From assembly GCA_964291265.2 (NCBI GenBank), contig OZ219747.1, forward strand, positions 1,664,001-1,728,000: a stretch of 64,000 bases of DNA, written 5' to 3'. The notes below the pieces were generated by a model. It was not told where the DNA came from. It ran no database searches and saw only the letters and a program-made list of their open reading frames with translations. Numbering within the stretch: position 1 is the first letter of the stretch; each line of letters begins with the position of its first letter. Positions 43,298 through 51,745 of the stretch are shown piece by piece. The stretch comes from Alphaproteobacteria bacterium. GTDB lineage: Bacteria; Pseudomonadota; Alphaproteobacteria; SP197. Both the position numbers and the translations under genes were made by a program.

Positions 43298-43361
43298 AAA
43301 CACGACCCTGACAAAGCGCGGCAAATCGCCGAAATCCCGCCGTTCTATGCAGCCATCAACA

Positions 43362-43908
43362 ATCGCCAGTCGCCCTCGCGGTTCCTCGTCATGTTGGCGA
43401 CGATGCAGTGGGTATGGAGCTGGGGGTCGAGATCGCGGCTGGTCAGGTGGCGGAACCCCGCCACGACCGAGCCGTCGGCCTTCACCCGGGGGCGGCGCCT
43501 CGTCGCCGGATCCCAGCCCCGGGTCTCCAGCAGCTCCGCCTCGATCCAGTCGAGCGTCGCCCGCACCGCCTCGTCGTGGGCGCGGATGACACGCTCATCC
43601 CCCACCACCAGAGCCTCGATCGACACCGACTTGGGCGCCGAACAGGTGATGTCCCAGCCCGGACGGTGCTGGTGCTCGCCCTCGACGATCCGCCCCAGCC
43701 GGATGTCCGTCTTCGGAACCTTGCCCTGCAGCACCGACTCGAAGCGTGACGGCACCACGTGACCGCGCAAGCCGAGCTCGCGGGCCGCGGCGCCGTGCCA
43801 GAAGCTCGCCTTGCGGTGCTCGGGATCGTTCCGCGCGTAGTACCCGTCCTGCTCGTAGTACGAAACCGCGGTCGCCGAGGACGCCAGTTCGTGAACCGTC
43901 GCCACCAT
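43362..43908 (-). pseudogene. MOBF relaxase, N-terminal part (interrupted)
   Basis: SYYEQDGYY catalytic Tyr cluster, GWDIT.SAPKSVS, H.TSR..DPQLHTH (3H motif). Confidence 0.93.
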
Positions 43909-43949
43909 GGGTCAGGCCAGGGACCGCTTGCAGGTGCGCTGTCCGCAGC

Positions 43950-44843
43950 TCACCGGAACAATTGGTGCATCAGGAACATCTGATCCTCCAGCAACATGCC
44001 GGCAACGATCGCCAGGAGGATGACCGGCAGCGCCACCCGGAAATGGCGCAGACTGCGGGACTGTCTCGCCGCTTCGCGGGCCTCCGTGGAGAGAAGCGAA
44101 AGGTCATTCCTGACCGTCCCGAAGGACACGTGAAGCGAGTTGACCCGTTTGCCGTGGGTGTCGAGCGACGTGTGAACCGTCTCGAAGTCGCCGGACATGT
44201 CTTTCGTCAAAGTGCGCTGTGCGCTCTCGAGCTCGGCGACCCTCGCCGCCAGCCTGTCGATGCTGGCAAACCCCTTTACCAACTCTTCCGAAATCCCGCC
44301 GGCCGTCTCGGGCGTCGCAGGGGTAGCGGGGGTGGGCATGGCCGTCGGCGGCGCCGCGACTTCGTCGGGTCGTGGAATGCGCTCCACGGCGGCCCTGAGG
44401 TCGTCACGCACCTCTCCCAGAGAGCTGACGACCTTCGGAAAGAGCGCCGCACTCTCCTCGAGGCGTGCCGTGGCGCAATTCATCGCTTCCACTTCAGCGC
44501 TGACTTCCGCCGGGTCGTTCTGACGCCGACCCTCCTCGGTGTCGGGAGCGGGCGCCACCGCCTTCATGAGTTCGTCGTACTGAGACGTGGTCGCCGTGAC
44601 CTGCTTCTCCGTGGCAGTCTCAAGCTTCCCGATGGCCGCAAGGACATCGGCATGCGCCTCTGGCGCAGGCAGCGTGTCGGAAGGCAGGTAGTCCCGCACC
44701 AGTTGCTGCAGGTCCGTGCTGATCTCCAGCAGCCGGTCGATCTTCTCCGCGTCAACCGCAGCCGGCGGCGCGGCTGGCCGCAGAGGTTGCAGGAGATCGT
44801 TGTCGGGTGTCGTGTGTGGTGTCGCGTCGCGATCGGCTGTCAT
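43950..44843 (-). CDS. Coiled-coil protein with C-terminal transmembrane helix
   Basis: Heptad-rich segments, C-terminal VALPVILLAIVAGMLL; immediately upstream of and co-oriented with the relaxase. Confidence 0.7.
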   Translation of the reverse strand: MTADRDATPHTTPDNDLLQPLRPAAPPAAVDAEKIDRLLEISTDLQQLVRDYLPSDTLPAPEAHADVLAAIGKLETATEKQVTATTSQYDELMKAVAPAPDTEEGRRQNDPAEVSAEVEAMNCATARLEESAALFPKVVSSLGEVRDDLRAAVERIPRPDEVAAPPTAMPTPATPATPETAGGISEELVKGFASIDRLAARVAELESAQRTLTKDMSGDFETVHTSLDTHGKRVNSLHVSFGTVRNDLSLLSTEAREAARQSRSLRHFRVALPVILLAIVAGMLLEDQMFLMHQLFR

Positions 44844-45054
44844 GGTGTCAGGCTTCCCAGTGGACTTCCACCGTCATGATACCGACCGCACCATGCGCGT
44901 CATCTGTCGAAGCTCCATAATGCTTGGCGCCATGCCCTCCGTCGTGACGGACAAGCGCTGTAAGCGTTCGGCCACTCGGTGATTGGGGCGATGACAGCAC
45001 TGAACGAATGCAAGCGAGTCCCGGAGCCATGCGTGGTTTTCACTATCATTCTTA

Positions 45055-45083
45055 TCATCGTCACCCTGTGACCGAACGCCTAC
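45055..45083 (+). repeat. Right copy of direct repeat (attR-like)
   Basis: TCATCGTCACCCTGTGACCGAACGCCTAC. Confidence 0.75.
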
Positions 45084-45260
45084 TCGGCGACAGCCCGAAA
45101 TCTCTGGCGGCCGTGATGGGGCTGACCGACGAGGGCCGGATCCGGCCGCTGATAAGCCAAGTCCTAACGCTCTATCGGGCGGTCGAGGCGCATCGCATCA
45201 TAGCGGCTGGCGAGAACACACGCGGGTGGCTCGTGCTCGATACAAGGAGATTGGCGTCGC
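45060..45260 (+). pseudogene. C-terminal remnant of an MDR/quinone oxidoreductase
   Basis: GRIRPLISQVLTL..AVEAHRII.AG..RGWLVL resembles the conserved MDR C-terminus; begins at the repeat. Confidence 0.55.
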
Positions 45261-45408
45261 AACCGCCCGTCACGGACTGCTCCGGGGGCGGACGATCATG
45301 CACGCAACTGCCTCGTGACCCTGAACTCACTGGACTTTCGGTGACGGGGCACGGCATCCGACTGTCGTTGCCCTATGCCCTGTTGAGTTCGACCTCACAA
45401 GAAAGTTA

Positions 45409-45879
45409 CTACGTTACTCTCGATTTTTTAATACAATAGAATAGAGAATTTGCCTCGCAAGCAGCCTTGTCAACATCCGCAATAAAGGTTTCAACTTCTT
45501 CCTGATTCCAGCGCAGGTCAGAGATCGGCCTGGATGGCGTGGTCTGATAGTGAAGTATTTGTCCTTCCATGGGATCTGTGACCGGATGAGCATGAATCAA
45601 TGCATTGCGTCTTGGAATAAAATTATTGAATGTTTTCTGACAACATGCCAGTGATTTTTGTAGGCTGGGGGCGAGAGCATCACCGCATTCGAGAGCTGCG
45701 GAAAATTTATCGTAAACACCCTTGGATGTCAAAATTTTACTTCTACTATATTCGGAAACAAAACCTGGCTTCAATTCATCAATGATGTAAATGATCTGCC
45801 ACTCGTAATACGAGAAAACATACACAGCTATTCCTACCAATCTGACATAGGCTTCAGAGAACGGTATCCTGGTTTCCAT
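45409..45879 (-). CDS. Low-GC orphan protein with RX4H (HEPN-like) motif
   Basis: GGAGG RBS; helical N-terminus G.AVY.F...EW and RNALIH motif; markedly AT-rich. Confidence 0.6.
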   Translation of the reverse strand: METRIPFSEAYVRLVGIAVYVFSYYEWQIIYIIDELKPGFVSEYSRSKILTSKGVYDKFSAALECGDALAPSLQKSLACCQKTFNNFIPRRNALIHAHPVTDPMEGQILHYQTTPSRPISDLRWNQEEVETFIADVDKAACEANSLFYCIKKSRVT

Positions 45880-46014
45880 CGTTTCAATCCTCCGGGATAG
45901 TTGGGTATTGCAATTGAAAAGTGCACGCCTTTTTGAAGTGGCACTGCGATGCATCGCTCGGCCTCTTCGATTTTGATTAGAAGCAAACTGACTATACTAT
46001 TGTTTCCAACATTC

Positions 46015-46947
46015 TCAACTCTCTACAGGCCGAACGCTCGACAAGGACGAGCCGCTGGAAGGCTCGAATTGCCTCGGCATGGCAACGACAAAAGCATAAC
46101 CTGCGCCGGCAACATAGATGTTGTCGGGACCCGCGATGGAAGCGGCTTCGGCAATCCGGAAGATGGCATCCACCGTCCTGCTGCGGATGCTGGAAATGTC
46201 CTCAAGTGAGAATTTTGGTTCAAAAGCGACTGGAAAGCCGTCATGTTGGTGAAGATTCCTTAAATAGCCCGATTCATCCTCCTGGATGTTGATCCATGCG
46301 CCGTGACAAAGCGCGCTGCGCAAGGACCGGAGTTCCATCAGGCGCACGATGAGGTCTTCGCGAACGGTGTGGGGGACTCGAACATCTTCTTTCAGAACCT
46401 GGTCGAGCTCGCAGTTAAGGCCATGCAAGGCGTCAACTTGAGACTGCTTGATTCGGTTGAACCATTGGGAGATCATCACGTCGTCGTCTGTATCCAGGAG
46501 AACGCGCGCTTTTTCGGTTGTGGAAAGGATTGCGAAGCAAGTCGATGCAATAATGTCTTCCAGATATCCGAAAGTCGCGACCGTCTTTCCGAGTTCTTGC
46601 CAGAAGGTAGAGGATTCCCGGTTCACGGGCCAAGAGGAGGGAAAGGCTTTTCGGTCGACCGGCAGATAGCGTCGCATTCGTTCTCGAGCTTGTCGGATTT
46701 CTCGGGGGTTACGGGATTTTGCAAGACGGTGAATGAACCATAATCCGTTTTTTTGATTTGGGCGCTGCTCCTGGCCGGCAATTCGCCCAGCGCGGAGAAG
46801 GTTGCGGAGCGACAGGCCGTTTTTGTGATCTTTCAGGAGGCCCGCATGGTCGAGCCAGCCGGCGGCCTCTACGGCGCGAACCTCGTCGCGCCATTCACGT
46901 TCGAGGCGTTCCTGCAGGTAAAGACTGATGGCGTAGAGATCAGGCAT
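46015..46947 (-). CDS. Two-domain hypothetical protein with C-terminal RX4H (HEPN-like) motif
   Basis: ATG 46947 (MPDLYAIS); LGKTVATFGYLE helix and RSALCHG motif; the upstream part of the 1201-aa ORF is antisense to the IS4 transposase. Confidence 0.6.
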   Translation of the reverse strand: MPDLYAISLYLQERLEREWRDEVRAVEAAGWLDHAGLLKDHKNGLSLRNLLRAGRIAGQEQRPNQKNGLWFIHRLAKSRNPREIRQARERMRRYLPVDRKAFPSSWPVNRESSTFWQELGKTVATFGYLEDIIASTCFAILSTTEKARVLLDTDDDVMISQWFNRIKQSQVDALHGLNCELDQVLKEDVRVPHTVREDLIVRLMELRSLRSALCHGAWINIQEDESGYLRNLHQHDGFPVAFEPKFSLEDISSIRSRTVDAIFRIAEAASIAGPDNIYVAGAGYAFVVAMPRQFEPSSGSSLSSVRPVES

Positions 46948-47153
46948 TGGGTACTCTCGATGCAGCCTTGTGTGAATGACGCGCGAGTGACCGGAAGGAG
47001 GATATCCGATATCACACCTTCGCGGAAGACACGTCTGGACACTGGTCTCCCGCCGTCGATGGCAAGTCCCCTCAGACGCGGCGGACTTCCACGACCCACG
47101 CCACGAACCGGCAACGGCTTGCGAGCCGGCGATCATGGTGCGGGATGCGGGGC

Positions 47154-49499
47154 CTTTCAAAGTGCCAGACTTGTATAGGTGATTCGTTTCGTGCATGCTG
47201 CGTGCATGCAGGTTGGTCTCCGCCATTTCGATTCGCAGACGCTTGACTGGTTTGCCGGCGCGTTGCGCTCCGCCGACGCCACCCGTCACGGTCTGGCACG
47301 CGAGCTTTGCGAGCGCACCGGTTGGCGCAACGCGCTCGGCCGTCCGTGCCTGTCGGCGGCGGCGAAGGTGCTGCCGGCGCTCGCCGAGCGCGTGGGGTTG
47401 GAGCTTCCGCCGCCGCGGAGCGTGCCCGATCCGACCGTCGTGCCCGCCGTCCCGGCCGGTGACGTCCCCGACACCAAGCTGGTCTGCCTGCTGGAGGATC
47501 TCGGCCCGGTCTCGCTCGAACCGGTGGGCGACGCCGACGATCGCCGTCTCTGGGAGGCGATGATGGCGACGCACCACCCGCTGGGATGGACGCGCTCGCC
47601 CGGCGGGCAGGTGCGCTACTGGATCCGCTCGCAACGCCACGGCACCCTCGGCGGGATCGGCTTCGGGTCCGCGACCTGGCAGCTGCGGGCGCGGGATGAG
47701 TGGATCGCATGGTCCGCCGACGCCCGTGCCGCCAACATCGAGCGTGTGATCTGCGGTCATCGGTTTCTCCTGCTTCCCGGCGTTCGGGTCTACGGACTGG
47801 CCTCCCGGGTCCTGCGCATGGCGGCGGAGCGCATCGCCGACGATTGGGAGGCCCGCTATGCGGTGCGCCCGGTGGCGGCCTACACTCATGTCGGTGCGGA
47901 GCACAGCGGCTATTGCTACCACTGCGCCGGCTGGACCGTGGCCGGGCGGACCAGCGGGCGCCGGGGCAAGGCCGGCACGGTGCGGGTCCTGGCCCTGGAG
48001 AGCGGCTGGCGGACGGTGCTCCACGGGACACAGCGCCGTCCACTCGGCGCCCTGGCGGGCGTCTATGACGGCACTGACGCGGACTGGGCGGAGCGGGAGT
48101 ACGGGCGCACGCGCCATACCGACGGCCGGGTGCGGCGACGCATCGTTGACATGGGCCGGGCCTGGATGAAGAACATGGGGGAGGACCTGCCGATCATCTT
48201 TCCCGAGAAGGCGGAGCAGAAGGCCGCTTATCGGTTGCTGTCGAACCCGAGGGTATCCATGGAGCACGTTCTGGAAGCGCATGTTGAGGCGACCGTGGAG
48301 CGTTGTCGGACAGAGCCTCTTGTCCTTGCGATACAGGACACGACGGCGATCAACTACAGCGGCTTGGAGGCCACGAAGGGTCTGGACAAGATCGGCGGCG
48401 GTGGCAAGGGGAGCGTCGGCATCCTCGCCCACGCCGGTCTGGCGGTGACGTCGGAGGGCCGGCCGCTGGGCCTGTTCACGATGGATGCGGCCTTTCGGCA
48501 GGAGCCCGGGGAGGACAGTCAGCGCTGGGTCACCGGGCTTGAGCGGGCCCGGGAGCTCGCGGCGGCCTGCCCGGACACGCGTGTCGTCTCGGTCTGCGAC
48601 CGCGAGGGCGACTTCTGGGAACTGCTCGCCCATGCCGCGGACGCCGGAGCCGCGCTGCTGGTGCGTGCGAGCCGTTCGGCGAAACAGCGTGTGGGTGAGC
48701 CCGACGGCAAAGAGACGTGCCTGTGGAAGCATGTCGCGGCCCGGCCGCTGGTCGCAGTGACGGAGCTGACGATCCCGGCCGCTGGCGGCCCGCGCGCCCG
48801 CAAGGAGCGCGTCGCCCGTCTCGAGATCCGCACGGCACAGGTCGAGGTGGCGCCGCCGCAAAAGGAGCGCGACGCGGAGCCTGTGTCCATGTTCGCGGTC
48901 TCGGCCAGCGAGGCCGGAACCGGTGACGGCGACGAGGCCCTGCACTGGCTGCTGCTGACCACCGAGCGCCCGGCACCAGGGGAGGCCGAGGCCGTGCACG
49001 CGGCGACCGTCCTGGGCTGGTACCGGACGCGATGGAGCATCGAGACCTGGTTCCGCACGCTGAAGACCGGGACCCGGATCAAGGACCGCCGGCTCGACAG
49101 GGCCGACGACCTGAAGACGTGCCTTGCCTTCGACGCCGTCACCGCCGTCCATGTTGCCGACCTGACCGTGCTTGCGCGCGAGCGTCCCTTGACCCCGGCG
49201 AGCGAGGTGTTTGCCGAGGAGGACATCGACCTGCTCCGCACGCTGCTGGAATCCCAGGGTCACCGGGAAGTCCGGGCGATGGGCGATGTCCGTGCCGTCG
49301 TCATCGGCCTTGGGCGCCTCGTCGGGTGGCATCCCACGCCGCGCCAGACGCTCCCGGGAGCGAAGAAGCTCTGGCAGGGTCTCGAAAGGCTGAACTGGGC
49401 GATCCAGGTGCGTGACGCACTTGGCGCAAGAAGGCGGCACGAAGCACTCGGTGAGAGAAGGCGGGAGTAACATCCCTATACAGCGTGGGTGGTTGAAAG
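47154..49499 (+). mobile_element. IS4-family element, copy 2 (intact), 2346 bp
   Basis: 9-bp TSD ATGCGGGGC at 47145-47153 and 49500-49508; same TIRs as copy 1. Confidence 0.93.
47179..49470 (+). CDS. IS4/Tn5-like transposase with N-terminal DUF4338 (DruA-like) domain
   Basis: N-terminal HHPLG..G.QVRY, RDEWIAWS, RFLLLPGV....LASRVL, GYCY...GW...G.T.GR; C-terminal AAYRLL.N, IQDTT, V.DREGD, W.LLT, Y..RW.IE..F..LK.G. Confidence 0.88.
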   Translation: MIRFVHAACMQVGLRHFDSQTLDWFAGALRSADATRHGLARELCERTGWRNALGRPCLSAAAKVLPALAERVGLELPPPRSVPDPTVVPAVPAGDVPDTKLVCLLEDLGPVSLEPVGDADDRRLWEAMMATHHPLGWTRSPGGQVRYWIRSQRHGTLGGIGFGSATWQLRARDEWIAWSADARAANIERVICGHRFLLLPGVRVYGLASRVLRMAAERIADDWEARYAVRPVAAYTHVGAEHSGYCYHCAGWTVAGRTSGRRGKAGTVRVLALESGWRTVLHGTQRRPLGALAGVYDGTDADWAEREYGRTRHTDGRVRRRIVDMGRAWMKNMGEDLPIIFPEKAEQKAAYRLLSNPRVSMEHVLEAHVEATVERCRTEPLVLAIQDTTAINYSGLEATKGLDKIGGGGKGSVGILAHAGLAVTSEGRPLGLFTMDAAFRQEPGEDSQRWVTGLERARELAAACPDTRVVSVCDREGDFWELLAHAADAGAALLVRASRSAKQRVGEPDGKETCLWKHVAARPLVAVTELTIPAAGGPRARKERVARLEIRTAQVEVAPPQKERDAEPVSMFAVSASEAGTGDGDEALHWLLLTTERPAPGEAEAVHAATVLGWYRTRWSIETWFRTLKTGTRIKDRRLDRADDLKTCLAFDAVTAVHVADLTVLARERPLTPASEVFAEEDIDLLRTLLESQGHREVRAMGDVRAVVIGLGRLVGWHPTPRQTLPGAKKLWQGLERLNWAIQVRDALGARRRHEALGERRRE

Positions 49500-49521
49500 A
49501 TGCGGGGCTGGGTGTCCCCCG

Positions 49522-50703
49522 CCACTCAGCTGAATCTAAAGTTCGTGGTATAAGTTCTGTTCGACGCGGAAACAGAAGCGCTTGACGACGGCAAGGATTT
49601 TGTCGGCTGATTTGGCCCACTGGAAGGGTTTGGGATTTTCGTTGTGGGTTTCGATGAAGGCCTGAATGCCGGTTTCGCGTTGCAGGGTCGAGCGGTTGAC
49701 GCCACGCTGCAACTGCTCGCGGGTCAACTCTGCGAACCAGCGCTCGACCTGATTGAGCCAGGAGGCGGATGTCGGCGTGAAGTGGACGTGCCAGTGCGGT
49801 CGCCGGGCCAGTCAGGCGTCGACCGCCACGGTTTTGTGGGTGGCGTAGTTGTCAATGACGATTTGGATATCCAGACCCTCGGGAGCGGAGCGGTCGATCT
49901 GCTTGAGGAAGTCGAGGAACTCCTTGGCCCGGAGGCGCGATAGCACTTGCCGATGACCGCGCCGGTGGCGATGTCGACCGCGGCGAACAGCGAGGTGGTG
50001 CCGTTGCGCTTGTAGTCGTGCGTGCGCCGCTCAGCCATTCCCGGCAGCATCGACAGGACCGGCTGGGTGCGGTCGAAAGCCTGGCTCCGGCTTTTCTCGT
50101 TGACACATAGCATCAGTGCGCGGTCCGGCGGCGACAGATGGGGTCCGACGATGTCCCGTACCTTGTCCACGAAGTGCGGGTCGCTGGAGAGCTTGAAGGT
50201 CTCGCAGCGGTGCGGCTGCAGGCCGAACGCGCTCCGGATGCGCCGGCGTCGTGTGCGACAGGCCGGTCACCTTCGCCATAGAGCGCAGCGGCCAATGAGT
50301 GGCATCGGCCGGGGTGGAGGTCAACGCCCGCTCGATCACGTCGGCGACCCGCTCGTCCGCGAGACTGCGCGGCCGCCCCGACCGAGGCTCGTCCGACAGG
50401 CCCTCGAGACGATCCCGCACGAAACGGCGACGCCATTTCCCCACCGTGTGCTCATGCACGCCAAGCCCGGCCGCCACTGTTTGCCCGGACTATCCGGGCA
50501 ACGCAGGATCATGCGGCACCGATCCGCCAGCGAGCGCGCAATACGCTGGCGACGAACCTGCGCCTCCAGATACGACCGTTCCTAATCACTCAAGACCAGC
50601 ACCGTCATGGGCCGTCCCATACCGCGGGGCATTGCCATGACCTCCGTGTTCACACTCGGACGGCCATCATAAAACCATGTTTGCTTCAGTCCCGGATGAC
50701 TAG
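49522..50703 (-). pseudogene. Degenerate IS630-family element
   Basis: Fragments TVGKWRRRF....L.DEPRSGRP, THDYKRNGTTSLFAA, DNYATHK, HFTPTSASWLNQVERWF, KPFQW.KSAD.IL in different frames; CTAG end at 50700-50703. Confidence 0.85.
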
Positions 50704-50944
50704 GTCCCGACAAACAAGATCCAAGAGGCATTCCTCACCCCGGCTCGCACCCAAGCCCAAACTGACCACTATACGACTGATGCCGCTTTTCCCGTTACGA
50801 TCTTGATGGCCAATGTGGTGACGGTCTACTTCACTCCACCTGCGGATTTGGCCAGCCAATCACCTTGGTAAGGTAGTGGAAAGCTCGACATGGAAGAGGA
50901 TTTGGGGGCTGTTGTTCTCCGGACATGAAGGCCCGAGGAATCCT

Positions 50945-51745
50945 CTATACGGGCATTCGTATCAGAGTGCGGCTCTTGATCAACTTGCGAAAATAGTCCT
51001 CAATGCGCCGCGCGACAAGTTCCGAGTCAACGAGCAGGCCAAGCTCGATGTTTCGTTGCTGTGCGGCCTCGGTGAAGTTTGCTGACGTGACCAGGGCTTC
51101 GCGACCGTCGATGACCACACATTTTGCGTGCATGGAGCTTGCGGACCTCCCGGCCCTTTCAAGAGAGCGAGGATCGAAACAGATGTCGGGAAGGCGCTGG
51201 CCGGGCCACTCCTTATCTCGGAAGCGAACTGCAAACCGGCGGACAATGTCCCTTGCGAGTGAGGTATCACCGGGGCCCCGACTGATGTCAAGGCAGAGAG
51301 TTGCGTCGAGTGACGGGTCCGCGTCGAGACGGTCGGCAAGGACTCTGAACAGTGTCTTGCCCTGGTGGACCGCAAAGCCGGCTACGAGGATGCGTTGTGT
51401 GGCCCTTGCGAACAGCTGCCTGACAACAACACCGGTGTCGCGTGCTCCTTCGGTGTCGCCCGGGCCACTGACCACCACGTCGACGGGCCGTGATGTGGAA
51501 CTTCCTGACTCCAGCCCCGCCATGAAGGCGCGAAGGAGTCGCGCAAGGTCGCGTGGAGCCATACCCTCGGCAAAGAAGTGCGACAGACAGTGCGCCACGG
51601 TCTCGGCGACGGACATGGGAACGTGGGCATGAAGTGCAAGAGCACTGATTGGTGGAACGAGAAGGCCGGCATCGAGGAGTTCAGCGAGCCTCTGGAGGTC
51701 GTCCTTTGCAAGGGGGGAGAGGCCCTTGAAATCCCCGGTGTTCAC
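50945..51745 (-). CDS. drmC: DISARM phospholipase D nuclease DrmC
   Basis: MHAKCVVID...TSANFT.....N.ELG (HKD motif); last gene of the operon. Confidence 0.9.
   Translation of the reverse strand: MNTGDFKGLSPLAKDDLQRLAELLDAGLLVPPISALALHAHVPMSVAETVAHCLSHFFAEGMAPRDLARLLRAFMAGLESGSSTSRPVDVVVSGPGDTEGARDTGVVVRQLFARATQRILVAGFAVHQGKTLFRVLADRLDADPSLDATLCLDISRGPGDTSLARDIVRRFAVRFRDKEWPGQRLPDICFDPRSLERAGRSASSMHAKCVVIDGREALVTSANFTEAAQQRNIELGLLVDSELVARRIEDYFRKLIKSRTLIRMPV

Larger units (their letters stand above)
38036..43361 (-). mobile_element. 5326-bp IS21-derived transposon carrying Zn-finger, istA, istB, Toprim primase-like and small hypothetical genes
   Basis: 5-bp TSD ATCGC at 38031-38035 and 43362-43366; TIRs TGTCGGCGGCGATTTAGAACGGCGGGATATTGGCG / TGTTGATGGCTGCATAGAACGGCGGGATTTCGGCG. 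Confidence 0.92.
31202..45083. mobile_element. Putative integrated mobilizable element (RHH x3, MOBF relaxase, coiled-coil membrane protein), no integrase seen
   Basis: Bounded by the direct repeat; all recognisable genes outside the nested transposon are mobilization-type. Confidence 0.6.

Noticed and set aside
44845-45054. MOBF oriT/nic site upstream of the relaxase operon
   Set aside because: TGCG-containing stretches do not match the F or R388 nic sequences well enough to call
49414-49467. 27-bp imperfect tandem repeat at the IS4 transposase 3' end
   Set aside because: Present in both IS copies; a minor C-terminal duplication with no evidence of function
23959-49499. Composite transposon formed by the two direct IS4 copies
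   Set aside because: Each copy has its own distinct 9-bp TSD on both sides, indicating independent insertions
46015-49620. 1201-aa ORF as one giant protein
   Set aside because: Most of it is the antisense shadow of the IS4 transposase; only 46015-46947 looks like a real gene
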